NCBI GenBank assembly: GCA_951406725.2
Contig: OX597817.1
Coordinates: 126,294,001 to 126,358,000, forward strand
Origin: Octopus vulgaris
Lineage: Eukaryota
DNA length: 64,000 nucleotides
Direction of reading: 5' to 3'
Below are positions 14,790-29,782 of this stretch, piece after piece. Positions within the stretch are counted from its first letter, which is position 1, and each line of letters opens with the position of its first letter. A program made the translations under genes and the position numbers. The notes under the pieces were generated by a model. The model made no database searches and was not told the origin of the DNA. It saw only the letters and a program-made list of their open reading frames with translations.

Positions 14790-14953
14790 CATATGTGTGT
14801 ATTTTAGCTTGGGGCTCGAAAAATTGTTACAGACTTAGAATCCCACTGACCATCTACTAAAAGTTTCGAAATATATTTTGCTTGTTCAGCTCATGATAAA
14901 CGAGACTCAGAATTGGTTATCATTATTTCTATCGTCACAAATGCAAAGGATCG
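14790..14953 (+). repeat. Diverged direct repeat, copy 2
   Basis: Collinear match to 12713-12878. Confidence 0.85.
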
Positions 14954-16579
14954 ATCAGTAAGAATATGTCATCCTATTATTGCATATGTATGTCAAAGAA
15001 GATTGTTAAGGGCCTATAGATGCATGATTCCAATATTTACGTAACGTGCTCTATATAAATGTTTCCCTTCCTATAATCTGATGTTGTGAACGGACTATTG
15101 ATATTTTTTACAAAATTGATATTCTTATCCATCAGGTATGAACATTTACCACTGAAAGACTCAATGCGAAGCCGGAGCAAAAGAATATCTATGCTAAGTT
15201 GGCGATTGTGGAACCAGCTGCTGCCGACGTATATGATTTTGCTCTCTTATTTTTCTTATCCCTCAATGAAAAGTAATGATGAATGCTTTATCTTCAATGC
15301 AGAATTTCCAGTGATGTCAAACGTCTTAGTTTTAATTTATGCCAATCGTTGCTAGGTGTCTGAATTTGGTTTCCGGAATTCATTATTGATTCAGTGGTTG
15401 CTGTAAACAGTTGTTAAAGATTTCCTATAACATTATTTGTATCTTACAACTTATTTGTATTTCGGTTGCAGAAATATCTCTTTCTACATATTTCGTACGA
15501 AACATCAAAAAAGAACCAATAAATTTGATATAAACTGAAGTCTTGCAAGTGACAAATTATATCACATTACACCAAGAAAAAACTGGTTAAGAAATGCAAT
15601 TAGGAAATTAAACAATTTTTATAAGTTTTTTAGAATAGTATTAATTGTATTGTGTTTCTGGGAACTGTCAAAACTGGAAAAGTGTAATATATTAATAAAA
15701 ATATGAATATAATATGTACTAATATTATTATATTTACCCTCCGTTCTTATCCTTCAGTCCATGATCAATTTTCATCTTGTACTTCTATAAACAAAATTCA
15801 GCATGTTCGTCGTGCTCTCTAACTGTTAGATGTAGTTTTAGAGCTATTTCTTTATTAACATCAGCATAATGGCCGAGTACACAGTGATTTCTATTTTATT
15901 TGTTTTTACTGTAATGAAGTTAATGACGCAATAGAATTAGAGTTTGAAATACAGTAATAAAAATATACTTCCAGCCGCTAAAACATTGGAAGATGTAAGA
16001 TTTCCTATTCTTCAAAGATGTGATTCAGGAAAAACTGCACTATTTAGAGCAGTTATTTACTGTGGTAGAAATAATATATACAGGGCGTATGGCAGAAAAC
16101 AGAAACCACATTTTCTGTCTCAACTCATAGTTGTTTCACTTCTGGATTGATTACAGCCACAGTGATTTAAAAGGATCTTTCTCTTTGTTTTCTTTGAATT
16201 TGAGATTGTTTTGCATTCATGAATATCGTCCAAATCGAATTGAAGAAATAAAATATTTTACCCAGTGGGGTAGTTTAGGTGACATTTACTTCGTAGTAAA
16301 ATTCAATAGACAGCAAGATTGTCTAAACTTAATTGTTGATGTGTAAAGCGATACTGCTTAAGGAATTGCTCAGTAGATACACATATATTTAAGAAAATAT
16401 ATTTCATGCAGTTTGTGTCAGATGTAGATCAGTATAAAATATTATTCTATGCACTGAACCGATTTGGAACATTTCAATGTATGTGTTAAAGTACATATAT
16501 GTGCGTATATTATATTATATATATATGTATATATATATATATATATATGTATGTATATACAAACATACACATATACATA

Positions 16580-16997
16580 GGCGCAGGAGTGACTGTGTGG
16601 TAAGTAGCTTGTTTACCAACCACATGGTTCCGGGTTCAGTCCCACTGCGTGGCACCTTGGGCAAGTGTCTTCTACTATAGCCTCGGGCCGACCAAAGCCT
16701 GGTGAGTGGATTTGGTAGACGGAAACTGAAAGAAGCCCGTCGTATATATGTACATATATATATATGCGTGCGTGTGCTTGTGTGTATGTGTTTGTCCCCC
16801 TAGCATTGCTTGACAACCGATGCTGGTGTGTTTATGTCCCCGTTACTTAGCGGTTCGGCAAAAGAGACCGATAGAATAAGTGCTGGGCTTACAAAAGAAT
16901 AAGTCCCGGGGTCGATTTGCTCGATTAAAAGGCGGTGCTCCAGCATGGTCGCAGTCAAATGACTGAAACAAGTAAAAGAGTAAAAGAGCAAAAGAGT
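16580..16997 (+). mobile_element. tRNA-derived SINE, family B (CORE-like, octopus-type), full length
   Basis: tRNA-like head with A/B boxes (tgtgtggtaag, gggttcagtccc), CORE-like ccttgggcaagtg, internal microsatellite, (gtaaaaga)n tail; near-identical head at 29921. Confidence 0.9.
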
Positions 16998-19265
16998 ATA
17001 CATACATGCATACATACATACATTCATACACACACACACACACACACACAGATATATATATATATATATATATATAAATATATTCTGTCTATATAAATCA
17101 CCCCACCACCAATATATAAAAGAGCATGACTACTCAACCACAGATGTCAGGAATAGCACACAGTTTTTGTGAAAATAAGACATTAGCAACTAAATTGGGA
17201 ATTAATGATGAATGTTAAATTTTGTAATCTCCTAGAATTATTTCTATGCTTCTTAACACTAGTCATTTATCTGAGATGATGTCTAAAGTCGAATACAGCA
17301 GTAACCCATCCAGGATTCTAACAATACATCTACGTTAAATAGAACATAGAAGCTGCTAATTAATATGAATACAAATTCCCTCTCTAATGTTAAATTTCTA
17401 CGGAGCCTGTTTTTCTATATATTAGTAGCGAGGTTTAGTTAGCCGATGGTGAGTGGACAACTGCATCTGAGAAAGTGCACACTCACTGAAATCTCGTGAT
17501 CTGGCCGTTACAACCCTGGGGCTAGACGATTTCGCTTGCTACTGCTATTTTAGTACTTCTTCACATCAGATGTTCATATTTGAGGATATCTCCTGGTGAA
17601 TATTCCTGTTATACGGCGTTCTAGTTGTACTTACACGCTAAGTAGAATATAACGATACGTACGTACATATATACATATACATACACCTCAACCACATATA
17701 CACATATACGCGTGTGTGTATATAAGAAATACAATATTTTACTGAACGTTTAGTTGTAATTTCCTCATACTTTGTCGTTCGTAACAGTAATCTCCACGCG
17801 TAATAAAACGCGCCCAATTGTTTTTTGCTTTTATTTTCTAAACTGGAAGGTAGTTAGCTATTAGTATAGAATTATTTTAGAGAATATTTCTCAAACCCCT
17901 GTGTTCATTGTTCGAACACCAAATGAAAATAATAATGAACACTGACATTCCCATAATAAACAGATTGTCTTCCTGTTTCAAATTTCAATTCAGTTAACTT
18001 GTTGTTTTAGGCTGCTGCATCTTTAAGACATGGATTTATTTCAAAACTGTAACTGTACACCATTCGTAGCTTAGTACACGTCATATACGTTATTTTTCAT
18101 ATGCTTGTTGCAATATTAAAAAGCTTCGTTAACTTTACACAAAATTTCCAAAAGATATTCATTCTAACAATTGCTATGTAAAACCTGTCTTGCATACACT
18201 TGCAATAAATTACCGAACTGCCTTAATATATATGCTACATAGCGTATGCAGATCGATTCCTTAGAAATATTGCATGATGAAGCAATTACTAGACTCTTAG
18301 TAACAACACCAAGTGTATAACTTCTTAACACTGCAGTTAGAAGCTCGATGCGCCTACTGCTAGTCAAATTGTTTCAAATAAACTAATGATGTTTCATTTT
18401 TTGACGGATCTCATACACATACACACACACACACAAACATAGATACCTCATACACATACACACACAAACAGACATACCTCATACACATACATATAAACAA
18501 ACGTACATTTATGTATATGCATGCATGTGTGTGTGTTGTGTGTTGTGTGTGTGTTAAATACATCTCCTGTACGAAATCAACAGTTTTCATTAATATCTCA
18601 AAGTCAAGCTTATGAAAGGATGGAAGAGAATCTGACTCAACAATGAGTCTTACTGCTGTAAATTACGTTGGTTGCAGTCATTGGCTCGAACCGCGAAATT
18701 TATTGCGAATATTTCAGATAACACGCGCACACACGCACACATACACGCACAAACATACATATTTTGAGAAAGATATTAGAGAGATAGAGATGGAGAGATA
18801 GAGAAAGAGAGAGATAAAGAGAAAGTTCAATATTATATGTATCATTTAAATTGTGTAGGAAGTATTGATTTGCACTAGTAAATTATATAAGCTTATTCAC
18901 AATACGTATACATACTTAACTTACTCATGGTATGACTGAGTATCGTTGTGTTTATGAACAGAATTCGAATAGAGAACCTTTGTTTCAACTGCAATCACCA
19001 TTCCCATTTCTGAATATTGTGGCTGTAGTTAAGGTGCTCCCATCAAGGACCACATAATCGTAATATTTCTGCCACGTGAAGCAACAATATTTAGAAATTT
19101 CATCCTTATAAGTGCCAGACATAGGGCACTTATCATATTCACATTTCTCAAAGAAAATTATTTCCTTAAGTCCTACAAGTGCAACCAACACCTTTAAATT
19201 CATGGATGGCTCCGTTTGGTTTTATGAATATTTGTATAATTTCATCAATGCAATATTACTTATAT

Positions 19266-20402
<1,137 letters not shown>

Positions 20403-21834
20403 GTGTATGTGCGTGCTTGTGCCTGTGTTACCGCGTCTCCTCAGGCCCTACTTTTGTGAGTACCAAAAAGTCCGACATGACCCTAATCTCTTCGGATAAG
20501 ACAAAAACGTATATATACCTATACTTGTAGCAGAATACTGGAAAATGACATTACACTGAACTATAGGGACGTCCTCTCATAAATACAACAGTATCAACAG
20601 TGAAACCAAACCGTTAGTCAATCACTTAGATATAGAAAATAGGCTATAAATTTTAGTTATAAAAATGCCTTTATTACTATCAAATACCAGAAACTGGACT
20701 TTTCCTTAAACCCCAAATATTGCGTGGTAAACCCAGTTAAATCCGAGATTGGTCTGGCGAGCAAGCACATACTGAGGAACATCAACAACGACATAAAAAA
20801 CGCCACCAACCAGTTTCTATGGCGTACCACCAACAAAATGATTACATGGTTGAATACCGTCAAGGTGAGGGACAGAGCAAAATTCACCTAGTTCAACATA
20901 CAACCACCTATATCGAAATTCACTTTTCTTCGCTAAGGGCTCCACCGAAATTAGCGAAAGGGACATATATGTCATCACGTACACCAGAAAAACGGTACTA
21001 TTCAATAAAGGTTCGTCCTAGGTCAAGCAAACCGACCCAATAGGCACTTTTGACGTAGCGACGTGGGCAAATTACAGAGCCGCTACATGCGGCCTCACAT
21101 CCTTGATACCGTAAAAAAGAAATTCTCCTCTCTCCTCTTTGGTCTCTACAGAGATGATACCCTGGCTAAGTCCAGAGGACCTAACAGCCACACTCCAGAT
21201 AGGCTTAAGAAAGATCCGATTAGCACCCTTAACTCTATGGTATTGAAAATTATAATCGAAAGCAACCTTCCTACCGTGGACTTGTTAGAGGTCACGCTCG
21301 ACTTGGGCACTGGTATATACAGGCCGTATTACAAGCCAAACGAGAGGCTGGCATGTATCAATACAGCCTGCCGCCAACTATCCATCGTCTTCAAAAACCC
21401 GATGGAGGATGTTATCAAGAAAATCTCAAACCTTTCCTCTAGCCGAGAAGTTATCGACGTAGCATCCCCGTAATATAGCGAGGCCCCGAGCTGCTAACGG
21501 ATTTAGGGACCTCGACTCCTACATGCCGATGCTTCCCATACCCGCAGTAGGAAGCGCCTCAAAATATCATTTAGTCCTCACTTCTGCCTCAAAATGAGTG
21601 TAGGTAGTATATTCCTTTGGCATATTCAACAGACAACATAAGAGTCTTTTTTAGCAGCGCCCCAAATATTAAGAGTATTATAATTAACGCTTCTAGACCA
21701 GGAGCAGAGGTGAAATAATCATGCAGGGACTTTGGTAGATTTTCAGTGGGTGGCCAATGCGAAACCAATAGTGTCGTTTACAAGGTTGATGTAGTAGCTA
21801 ACACAAATGACGTAACAGCTTTCCTAGAAACAAC

Positions 21835-21835
21835 A

Positions 21836-21904
<69 letters not shown>

Positions 21905-21931
21905 GGTACTGCTGCTGCTGCAGCTGCAGCA
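21835..21931. repeat. (ACT)n followed by (GCT/GCA)n microsatellite
   Basis: Direct reading; lies within the PLE endonuclease region. Confidence 0.9.
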
Positions 21932-22555
21932 GGAATGCCAGTATTAATGGCAACGTCACCAATACCAACACAAATAACAGCAGCGCCTACGTCAATGATA
22001 ATGCTACTAGTAATAACAATGTTAAAAACGAAAACAATAGTATCCAACAAAATAGTACCGATAACAGCTCCAACAGCAACAGCCATGTTTATAGCGGAAC
22101 CAACATCGCCAGCACCATCGCCAATGTTCCCAAAACACATTGAAGCAGCGCTTCTGCAACCACAGGTCCCCTTCCAGGAGCACGGAGTGTCGATACGCCA
22201 CGTTCTTGGCCTGCTATGCGTTGCGTCTGAAGGACGAATGGACTCCACACGTAATCTCATGGATGATCCAAGAACAATGGGGTCCCCTACATCAATGGGA
22301 GCGAGCGTTGCAAGCTGTGCGGAACTGAACGGGCGAAAATATTAAAGAACTCCTTCAACACGGATACATCTTAAATTCTAGGACGGACGTTTTCAGAACC
22401 TGCATACACTTCAGAAGATTACCATTGTAGTCCGATTACGTATAGGGAGATACTACCTTGCACTTCACCCTTCTCCATATTCCATGTGTTCAGCAACCAG
22501 CCATGAGGTTTTTCTTCCTCCACTTTTGAAGAGAGGTTATAGCCATCGGCCATTA

Positions 22556-22614
22556 GAGTCTGAAAAGACGCCGTAAAGCTACACGCTTGATGGACGTGAA
22601 ACTCTAGGTAACTC
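22556..22614 (+). ncRNA. Hammerhead-like motif in PLE 3' terminus
   Basis: gagt-CTGAAAA-g-acg.ccgtaaagc/tacac/gcttgatgg.acgt-GAA-ACTCTAGGT-A-actc; long stem II, near-palindromic stem III. Confidence 0.6.
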
Positions 22615-23695
22615 CATAGACCGGCCATAACTATATCTAATTACCCTACTACTATAAAGACTATTTCCAGAATAATGTGGCTGTCCTGGAAGTGACGATC
22701 TACACTGTTGTTTAGCCCTAGGAAACATCGTTTTCAGTTGGCCATGTGTACCATTATATACGTTTGTGTGTGTGTGAGTGTGTGTGTGTAGGGAGTGAGA
22801 GAGCACGCGATGACGGGAGATAGAGATAGTTCTTCAAATGATTTTTTCAAATAAAATAGTACGATAGACAGTGGGGGGGTTCTACTGAAAATAAGCTAAG
22901 CATCTTTACAATTTGTATTCAATGCTACGGAAAAATAAAACGATGTTATGCTGCTACAAACAATTTCTGGAGAAAAATAATATATGAAGTATATTTATAA
23001 GAAAAACACATTCGGATAATGCATATACATTTTTGCTTGCATTTTACAACATTTTTAATTTTATAAATGATATTATATTGAAGAATGGAATTTAAGAAGA
23101 AAAAGAAAGAAAGGAAAAAATAAAATATCCTAAATTTGTAAGCGTGATCAAAAGTTATTCACTAAACATTACACGTTAACCTATTGAGAAACATAAATAA
23201 TATGTCTATACAATAGCCACATAAGTAAGGACAGAAATGTAATGCATTTTAAAGACATACTGAAAGCATTATGTATGTTAAGTTATATTCATCACAATGT
23301 ACCTTGTATAAGAAAAACGTACATATTCATTTTTTATTACTTGTAATAATGGTTATGTACGTAATTTTTATAAACATTAAGACGTATTTAATTCAGAGAT
23401 ATGTGTAAAATATTTGAGTGCAAATAACTTGGTGATTTTTTAAAAATATTATTTCTTAAGAGTATTTCGAAATCATACTGAATATCTAAGTGTTTACTTA
23501 CATAAACATTATCACAACATACATACACAGAAAACTACTCACGAATACACAATTAGACATACATATATACATACACACACAAACACACGCACACGTACAC
23601 ACACTCATATATATATACATATATATGTGTTTGTCATATATCATGTATATATATATATATATATATATGCACATATAAATATTTATCATAATATC

Positions 23696-23731
<36 letters not shown>

Positions 23732-23737
23732 GTATAG

Positions 23738-23782
<45 letters not shown>

Positions 23783-24259
23783 GATCTATATATATATATA
23801 TATACATATGTGTGTATATATATATATATATATATGTAGATCTATATATATACATATGTGTGTGTGTATGTGTGTGTATGTATATATATATACATATACA
23901 TATATATATATATATAAACAGGCACACATAAATATACGAATACATTGCTATCTATATTGTCTGTTTTCTCTAGGATGTTTTGTGATATATCACCTGATAT
24001 GAACACTCATCGACTGTCGAGAAAATGCTTTCTCCTTTGAAGAATATAAAACAAATAAACAGCGATCTCATATTTAGGTTCGAATCTACCAGAATGTGCA
24101 GATTCGTTATTGTTACGGGTTCACACTTTTCTACGTGCATGCGTTAATCATACGAAATCATCTCTCGAGTAGCGAAAATACAATAAACGAAATTTACTAC
24201 TGATTACATTTTGCATGAGCATTGTCAGTGTTACACTTCCTCGTTCACGCGTGATGAGC

Positions 24260-24261
<2 letters not shown>

Positions 24262-24310
<49 letters not shown>

Positions 24311-24341
24311 TATCATCATCATCATCATCATCATCATCATC
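24262..24341. repeat. (TCA)n microsatellite
   Basis: Direct reading. Confidence 0.95.
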
Positions 24342-24389
24342 TTTGTACATGTATATATACTATATACCGGTGTCTATATGCATGTATAT

Positions 24390-24422
<33 letters not shown>

Positions 24423-24485
24423 ATTTCAACAATTGAGGGTAAAATTAATTAATTAATTAATCAAAGTAATTTATTTTACTAAGCC

Positions 24486-24570
<85 letters not shown>

Positions 24571-24595
24571 GGTGTTTATTTGATATCTCAAATCG

Positions 24596-24627
<32 letters not shown>

Positions 24628-24628
<1 letters not shown>

Positions 24629-24900
24629 CAGCTGGCACTCTATCAGTTACGCAGATGCAGAACTACTTGCATATGAATTGTGCTGATCAATCGTAGTACG
24701 AGCGTATCTTTGCCGTGACGCAGAGTGTTAGAAAGCTGGTCCGTTGAAAAAGAGATCCAGCGCATTTTTGCCCGCTGAGTGTAGAGGAAAAGAGTGGAAT
24801 AAGGTGGTTTGCTCAAAAACACAATTTACCGCCAGGTAATTAACGCACAGCACTATGTTCGTGAGCCTAATGTACTAACCACTATACTAAGCACTTACAC
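24628..24900 (-). mobile_element. Highly diverged tRNA-SINE
   Basis: ttgctcaaaaacacaa...cgtgagcc...ctaaccactatac resembles the reverse complement of a tRNA head followed by a ttgagcaa core. Confidence 0.5.
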
Positions 24901-24983
24901 GACATATGTATAATTATATATCTATCTATCTATTAACTTTCTCTCTCTCTCTCACTCTGTATATATATATATAATGTATATTA

Positions 24984-25037
<54 letters not shown>

Positions 25038-25178
25038 TATAGATAGATAGATAGATAGATATACATGTATTTATATGTATATGTACACATACATAAAACA
25101 TATATCGCACATACACACATATTTGTGTGTTCGTGTGCATGTCTGTATGTATGTATATATATATATATATATATATAT

Positions 25179-25250
<72 letters not shown>

Positions 25251-25314
25251 TTCGGGATATGCATTTATATACATTACCTGCATACAAACATAAGAAAAAG
25301 AAAAGGTAACCCAC

Positions 25315-25930
25315 AGTATGGTGGAATCTATAGCCACGCAAAATAACAAGAAGTATTGATGGAATGTCCTTGTGAAAACCTCAAAATTGTGTAAACACAG
25401 TAGATCTGATATAATGATTTGTAATATAGAAGAGAAACTGTGAATTGTTGTGGAAATCATTAACCCAGCGGATGCTAATATAATGCTGAAGATCAATGAA
25501 AAAGAGATTACCAACGCTGAGAAATCTGCTGCTATTCTAACAAGATTACAAGTTCAGCTATATACCTTTAATTATTGGAGTAGTGAGATGTTTAACGGAT
25601 TGCCTAAATAACAATCTTGAGAAATTAGTCTTCTGAAAACCAGAATAGAGAAAGCTAATTCGAAGACTACAAATCCAGTCCATCAGTGGAACTGTAAAAC
25701 TCTGTAAACTTTCCAGATGTTTATCACTTAAGTACGTATGTGCATGTCTTCATACACAAGTATATGCATGAGAAGATATACATAAAACAAAACGTACAAA
25801 TTTGCACGCATACATACATATAAAAATATCCTGTTGTTGATGTTGGAATTCCGATGAAGGTGCCTAGGGTCTAGGATAGAAACCGGCTCTTTCTCAATTG
25901 GCGAGAAATCTTGAAATAAAACTGAATAAT
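25315..25930 (+). mobile_element. 3' end of an RLE-type non-LTR retrotransposon (R4/Dong-like), decayed
   Basis: Translation KHSRSDIMI..EEK..IVVEIINPADANI..KINEKE...DYKFSYIPLIIG matches the restriction-like endonuclease pattern RPD..E..P..K..EK..PIIIGALG. Confidence 0.75.
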
Positions 25931-25943
25931 CACACACACACAC

Positions 25944-26021
<78 letters not shown>

Positions 26022-26023
<2 letters not shown>

Positions 26024-26560
26024 ACTTATCTTAGTTTCACTGTATCCAAAGATGCTAAGATAGATTAAGTAATTGAATCCAAAATGGCTTAGGCTATTTA
26101 CACTTTCGGTAATCTAAGGAATAGCTTTTGGATCAGTCAGAACGTATTGTTGTAGGGGAAATTCGATGTATACATGTCACTAATTCTAACATTATTGCTT
26201 TATGGTGCTGAATGTTAGAACCTGTACCGAAAGGGCATCAACAACTTCACACCTTTCAGATGTGGTGCTGCTGCATCTGCAGCATAAAACCAAGTGACCA
26301 TAATCGTAAGAGTGAGATACTAATAAAATGCAACATATCAGGTATTGAATTCATTCTCATCAAAATACAGCTTAGACTGTCCCAAGTGAATGATATCAGA
26401 AGTCCAAATATGTAGGTCATTTGGAAAGCTACTCTTACGCTGCAAAGACAAGATAAAAGACAATTTGAAGCGATGCAACCTTATTTTCTTCCTGGACAAA
26501 GAAAGTATCAGAACGTAGTATCTGGCATCATTCCTGCTTCTCAGCTCAAATATCTGAGCG
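26022..26560 (+). mobile_element. RTE-clade LINE RT C-terminal fragment, decayed
   Basis: YLSFTVSKDAKID..IE.K...A..TFGNL....W......KFDVY...IL.LLLYGAE matches the RTE pattern YLGS...AFG.L..LW..K..VY..LLYG.E. Confidence 0.75.
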
Positions 26561-27111
26561 AAGCCGACTTCAACATCAGGTTCATCGTGCGGTGTGCCAC
26601 TCTTCTAAATATAATTATTGTCATTATGGATTAGTGGCACGGAGCAAAATAGGCCTTTCCATCCACTGCACGAAACACGTAGTAAATGATCCACAAGCAA
26701 ACTTAGTCGTCATCTTGTTCCACTTGCAAAAAGAAAAAAAAACGATTACAAGGTAGCAGAAGACATCAAATGACACCTGCGTTTCCATAGAACGTGATTA
26801 CTGCTTTATTTCACCGAATCTTCATTTATGCTTCATATATCATATAACATAATTGTGCCGTGTATGTGTGTGTATGTATCTATGCATGTATACGTATGTA
26901 TATATGTATGTATTCATGTTACACACTATATATAGCATATCTTACATCAGTATAGCAAAGTTTAACTCGTTATATATATATAATGAGTTAAACGTTGCAA
27001 TGTTGATGTAAAATATCTCACATATAGTGTTTAACGTGAATAAGACTTTATATCATTCCATTGGAGTTTATAAATGTGACACGATGAAATATTTTTTACA
27101 ACGTTTACCAG

Positions 27112-27285
27112 AAGACCAGCAATTTCCAGGAAGTGGGGAAGTCGATTACTGGTACTTATTTAATCGACCATGCAAGGATAAACGTTGTATCGACCTCGGC
27201 GGTATTTGAACTCAAAAAGTAAAAATTGGACGAAATGCAACTCTGCATTTTGTCCATAGTAATAACGTTTCTAACAGCTCATCTC
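27112..27285 (-). mobile_element. SINE family A, diverged and partial
   Basis: ctggtacttatttaatcgacc...tcgacctcggcggtatttgaactc is the reverse complement of family A. Confidence 0.8.
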
Positions 27286-28419
27286 TTTGAAATATGATGA
27301 CATTTTAGAGGAAAGGAAAAGCAAACTGGAATATTTGCTGATACTTTTATTGATACGATTCTACATGATTCATTATTACACAGAAAACAACACTTTATCG
27401 TAGTAACGCATTCCCTTTAATTTTAAAATATCTGTCGGACACATTCTTGGAGCGTTAGCTGTAATATGGAAGTAAATCATCACCTTCTTTGATTAATACG
27501 TCCACTAATGTGATTACACCTTTATCTGTTCAGTAAAGTGTACTGAATCAAACAATTTCTAAAAGAAATGATACAAATATATTTACTCCATGTAAAATTT
27601 TACTAAACGATTTCTGAACTGGCAAATGAAATATATTTTATAGAGTTACTAAAACAAAATATAAACAACATCGGGAAATGAAGTTGAGTTAATCATAATC
27701 CATAATGTTATATTAATAAAATGCCTGAAAGTAGTAACAATATATCATGATCTTTAATTATAACACATGTATCCGAACATAATATAACATGTTTTCAAAA
27801 TCGTAAAGGTTTAAAATTATAGATAAATAGAATAAGTAATTTTTTTAGATATTTTGCAAATTGTTGTTTAGAGTTGTCACTGCCTAACTTTACAGTGCAA
27901 CTATAATTCAAAATTTTACGGAAGTAATAATAATTAGTTAGTATCTACCGTTACAGTTTTCATAAATACTTATTGCAATGTTTCTCTTCAAGTGGATAAA
28001 TCTATGCAATTATCATTTATTTAATATTGAACTTATTGATTTAAAGATGGCAATTAGCTGAAGACAAACTGATTCATATGAATGTTTGTGCGGTCGTGTG
28101 TGTTTATAAATATATAGATGGCTATAGATATAGATAATTGATTGTGTGTAATTGTGTATTCTGATACGGTTACATGCGAATATATTCGTTGTCATTCGAT
28201 CAGTATGTGAATAATGAACGTCGACTCATTCCCAATCCTTGCAAATTGTCTATCGACAAGAAGAGGAAATATCTTTCTATTGTCAGAATTGATAAACACA
28301 GGTCCAGAGTATGATTCGTACATGTAATCTATAATCATTCTTATTTTTAAACCGACTGACCGATATGTAGTGAGTGAATTGAATCCTTTCAATTTGAACT
28401 GAAGAAGATGAAGTGTGAA

Positions 28420-29065
28420 ACTGCCTCTTGCATTCTTTTACATCTCGCCAGCTTGTTGAAAATTCACGTCATTGCTGGAGGTAGATCGGTGTCCTGCTCC
28501 ATCATGTACTTCACGTTTGTTCGGCCATTTTTCAACTTCAATTCATGCATACAAACCACTACGTTGTCTACGTATTGCATTGAAAGCCTGCGATGGATGT
28601 CTGTCCATTACACACTCTGAAAGCAGAAAAATTGGACCACTGATCTCTGTTTTGTCTTGGTGCTGACTGCAAGCCGGGGAAAACTCTAGCGATCAAAGTA
28701 AATCATCGACAGTCAATGGTGAGCATCAATAAAAATGCGAAATATTTGTGTATCATCGTCTGTTTTTCCATCCTTGTTTTCCTATACATTCGATGCTTTC
28801 TTCCAATGAATCTAATGCTCTTAGCTTAGTTTTTTCCTTAGGGCTGGCCAGATTGGAGCAATTTCAAGATTAATCAGCCGAAATTGCGAGCATGATCCGG
28901 TTTTTCACTGAGGATAGAAAGCTTCGAATAACCGCTCCTTGTTTTTCCGTATCGTCTATCTGGATGTTTTGTTGTCCCTTTTCTATCACCCAGTTGTCCA
29001 GATGTTTTGCCTTCATGTCCCATTTTGTATTTTGTATATATATAGCGGCGTACGTACACTTTGTT
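28420..29065. repeat. Unclassified interspersed-repeat-like segment ending at (TA)n
   Basis: Higher GC than the flanks and an abrupt end at (TA)n; no recognisable protein motif. Confidence 0.3.
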
Positions 29066-29081
29066 CTCTTATATATATCTA

Positions 29082-29133
<52 letters not shown>

Positions 29134-29136
<3 letters not shown>

Positions 29137-29268
29137 AACTTATATATAAGAGCTAAAGAAAATTATTTCAATGCCAATATGCTGATGTGGAAATTGCCGA
29201 TTTAAACGTCTGTTATTAGCATATTGGCATTGCAATAATTTTCTTTAGCCCTTATATATAAGTTGCTT
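29134..29268. repeat. Inverted repeat, ~53-bp arms with 28-bp spacer, inside (TA)n
   Basis: caacttatatataagagctaaagaaaattatttcaatgccaatatgct is the reverse complement of agcatattggcattgcaataattttctttagcccttatatataagttg with few mismatches. Confidence 0.9.
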
Positions 29269-29359
29269 ATAATTTTAACGGTAAAGGTATTTTAGGTTGC
29301 TGCCACATTTTTTCATGAATTTTTTTTTCTGTAAAAAAATACTTCATCCTATACTGGTA

Positions 29360-29422
<63 letters not shown>

Positions 29423-29746
29423 TGGGTTGGTTGCGTGTCTGTGTGTGCTTATCTTTGCTCATACCTACCAGGAGCCGCATCAGCTGATAGTAGAAGTTCG
29501 CTTGTTGCGTCCCCTAAACTATGATGTTCCGATAAAATTTAATAACGTGACACCCTGGCTTAAAATTACTCATTACTGGCGGTGATTTTTTGCAAAAAAC
29601 TAAAAAAAACTTTAAAGTTGTGCTACAACATGGCTACAAGCCAGTGTCTAAAACAATAAAATGAATTAATAGATGCATACACACTCACATATATGCACCT
29701 CCATAGACACACAAACACATTTGTGTATACATATGTGTGCACGTGT

Positions 29747-29777
<31 letters not shown>

Positions 29778-29782
29778 CATAT

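Larger units (their letters stand above)
20460..22760 (+). mobile_element. Decayed Penelope-like retroelement (RT, GIY-YIG and 3' terminus)
   Basis: Frameshifted motifs SDKT, AFITIK, NPVKSEIG..SK.IL, FDV, GLYRDD, TLDLGTGIYRPYYKPN; then QCETNSVVYK and KQRFCNH...ISW.I...CKLC.TE...IL of the endonuclease. Confidence 0.88.

Noticed and set aside
16580-16655. tRNA gene
   Set aside because: tRNA-like head of a multi-copy SINE; no complete cloverleaf
21746-22345. 199-aa mucin-like ORF as a host gene
   Set aside because: Lies within a decayed PLE, is built from triplet repeats, starts at GTG and has no splice context
25485-25512. CTGAAGA...GAAA hammerhead
   Set aside because: No stems; falls in LINE endonuclease coding sequence
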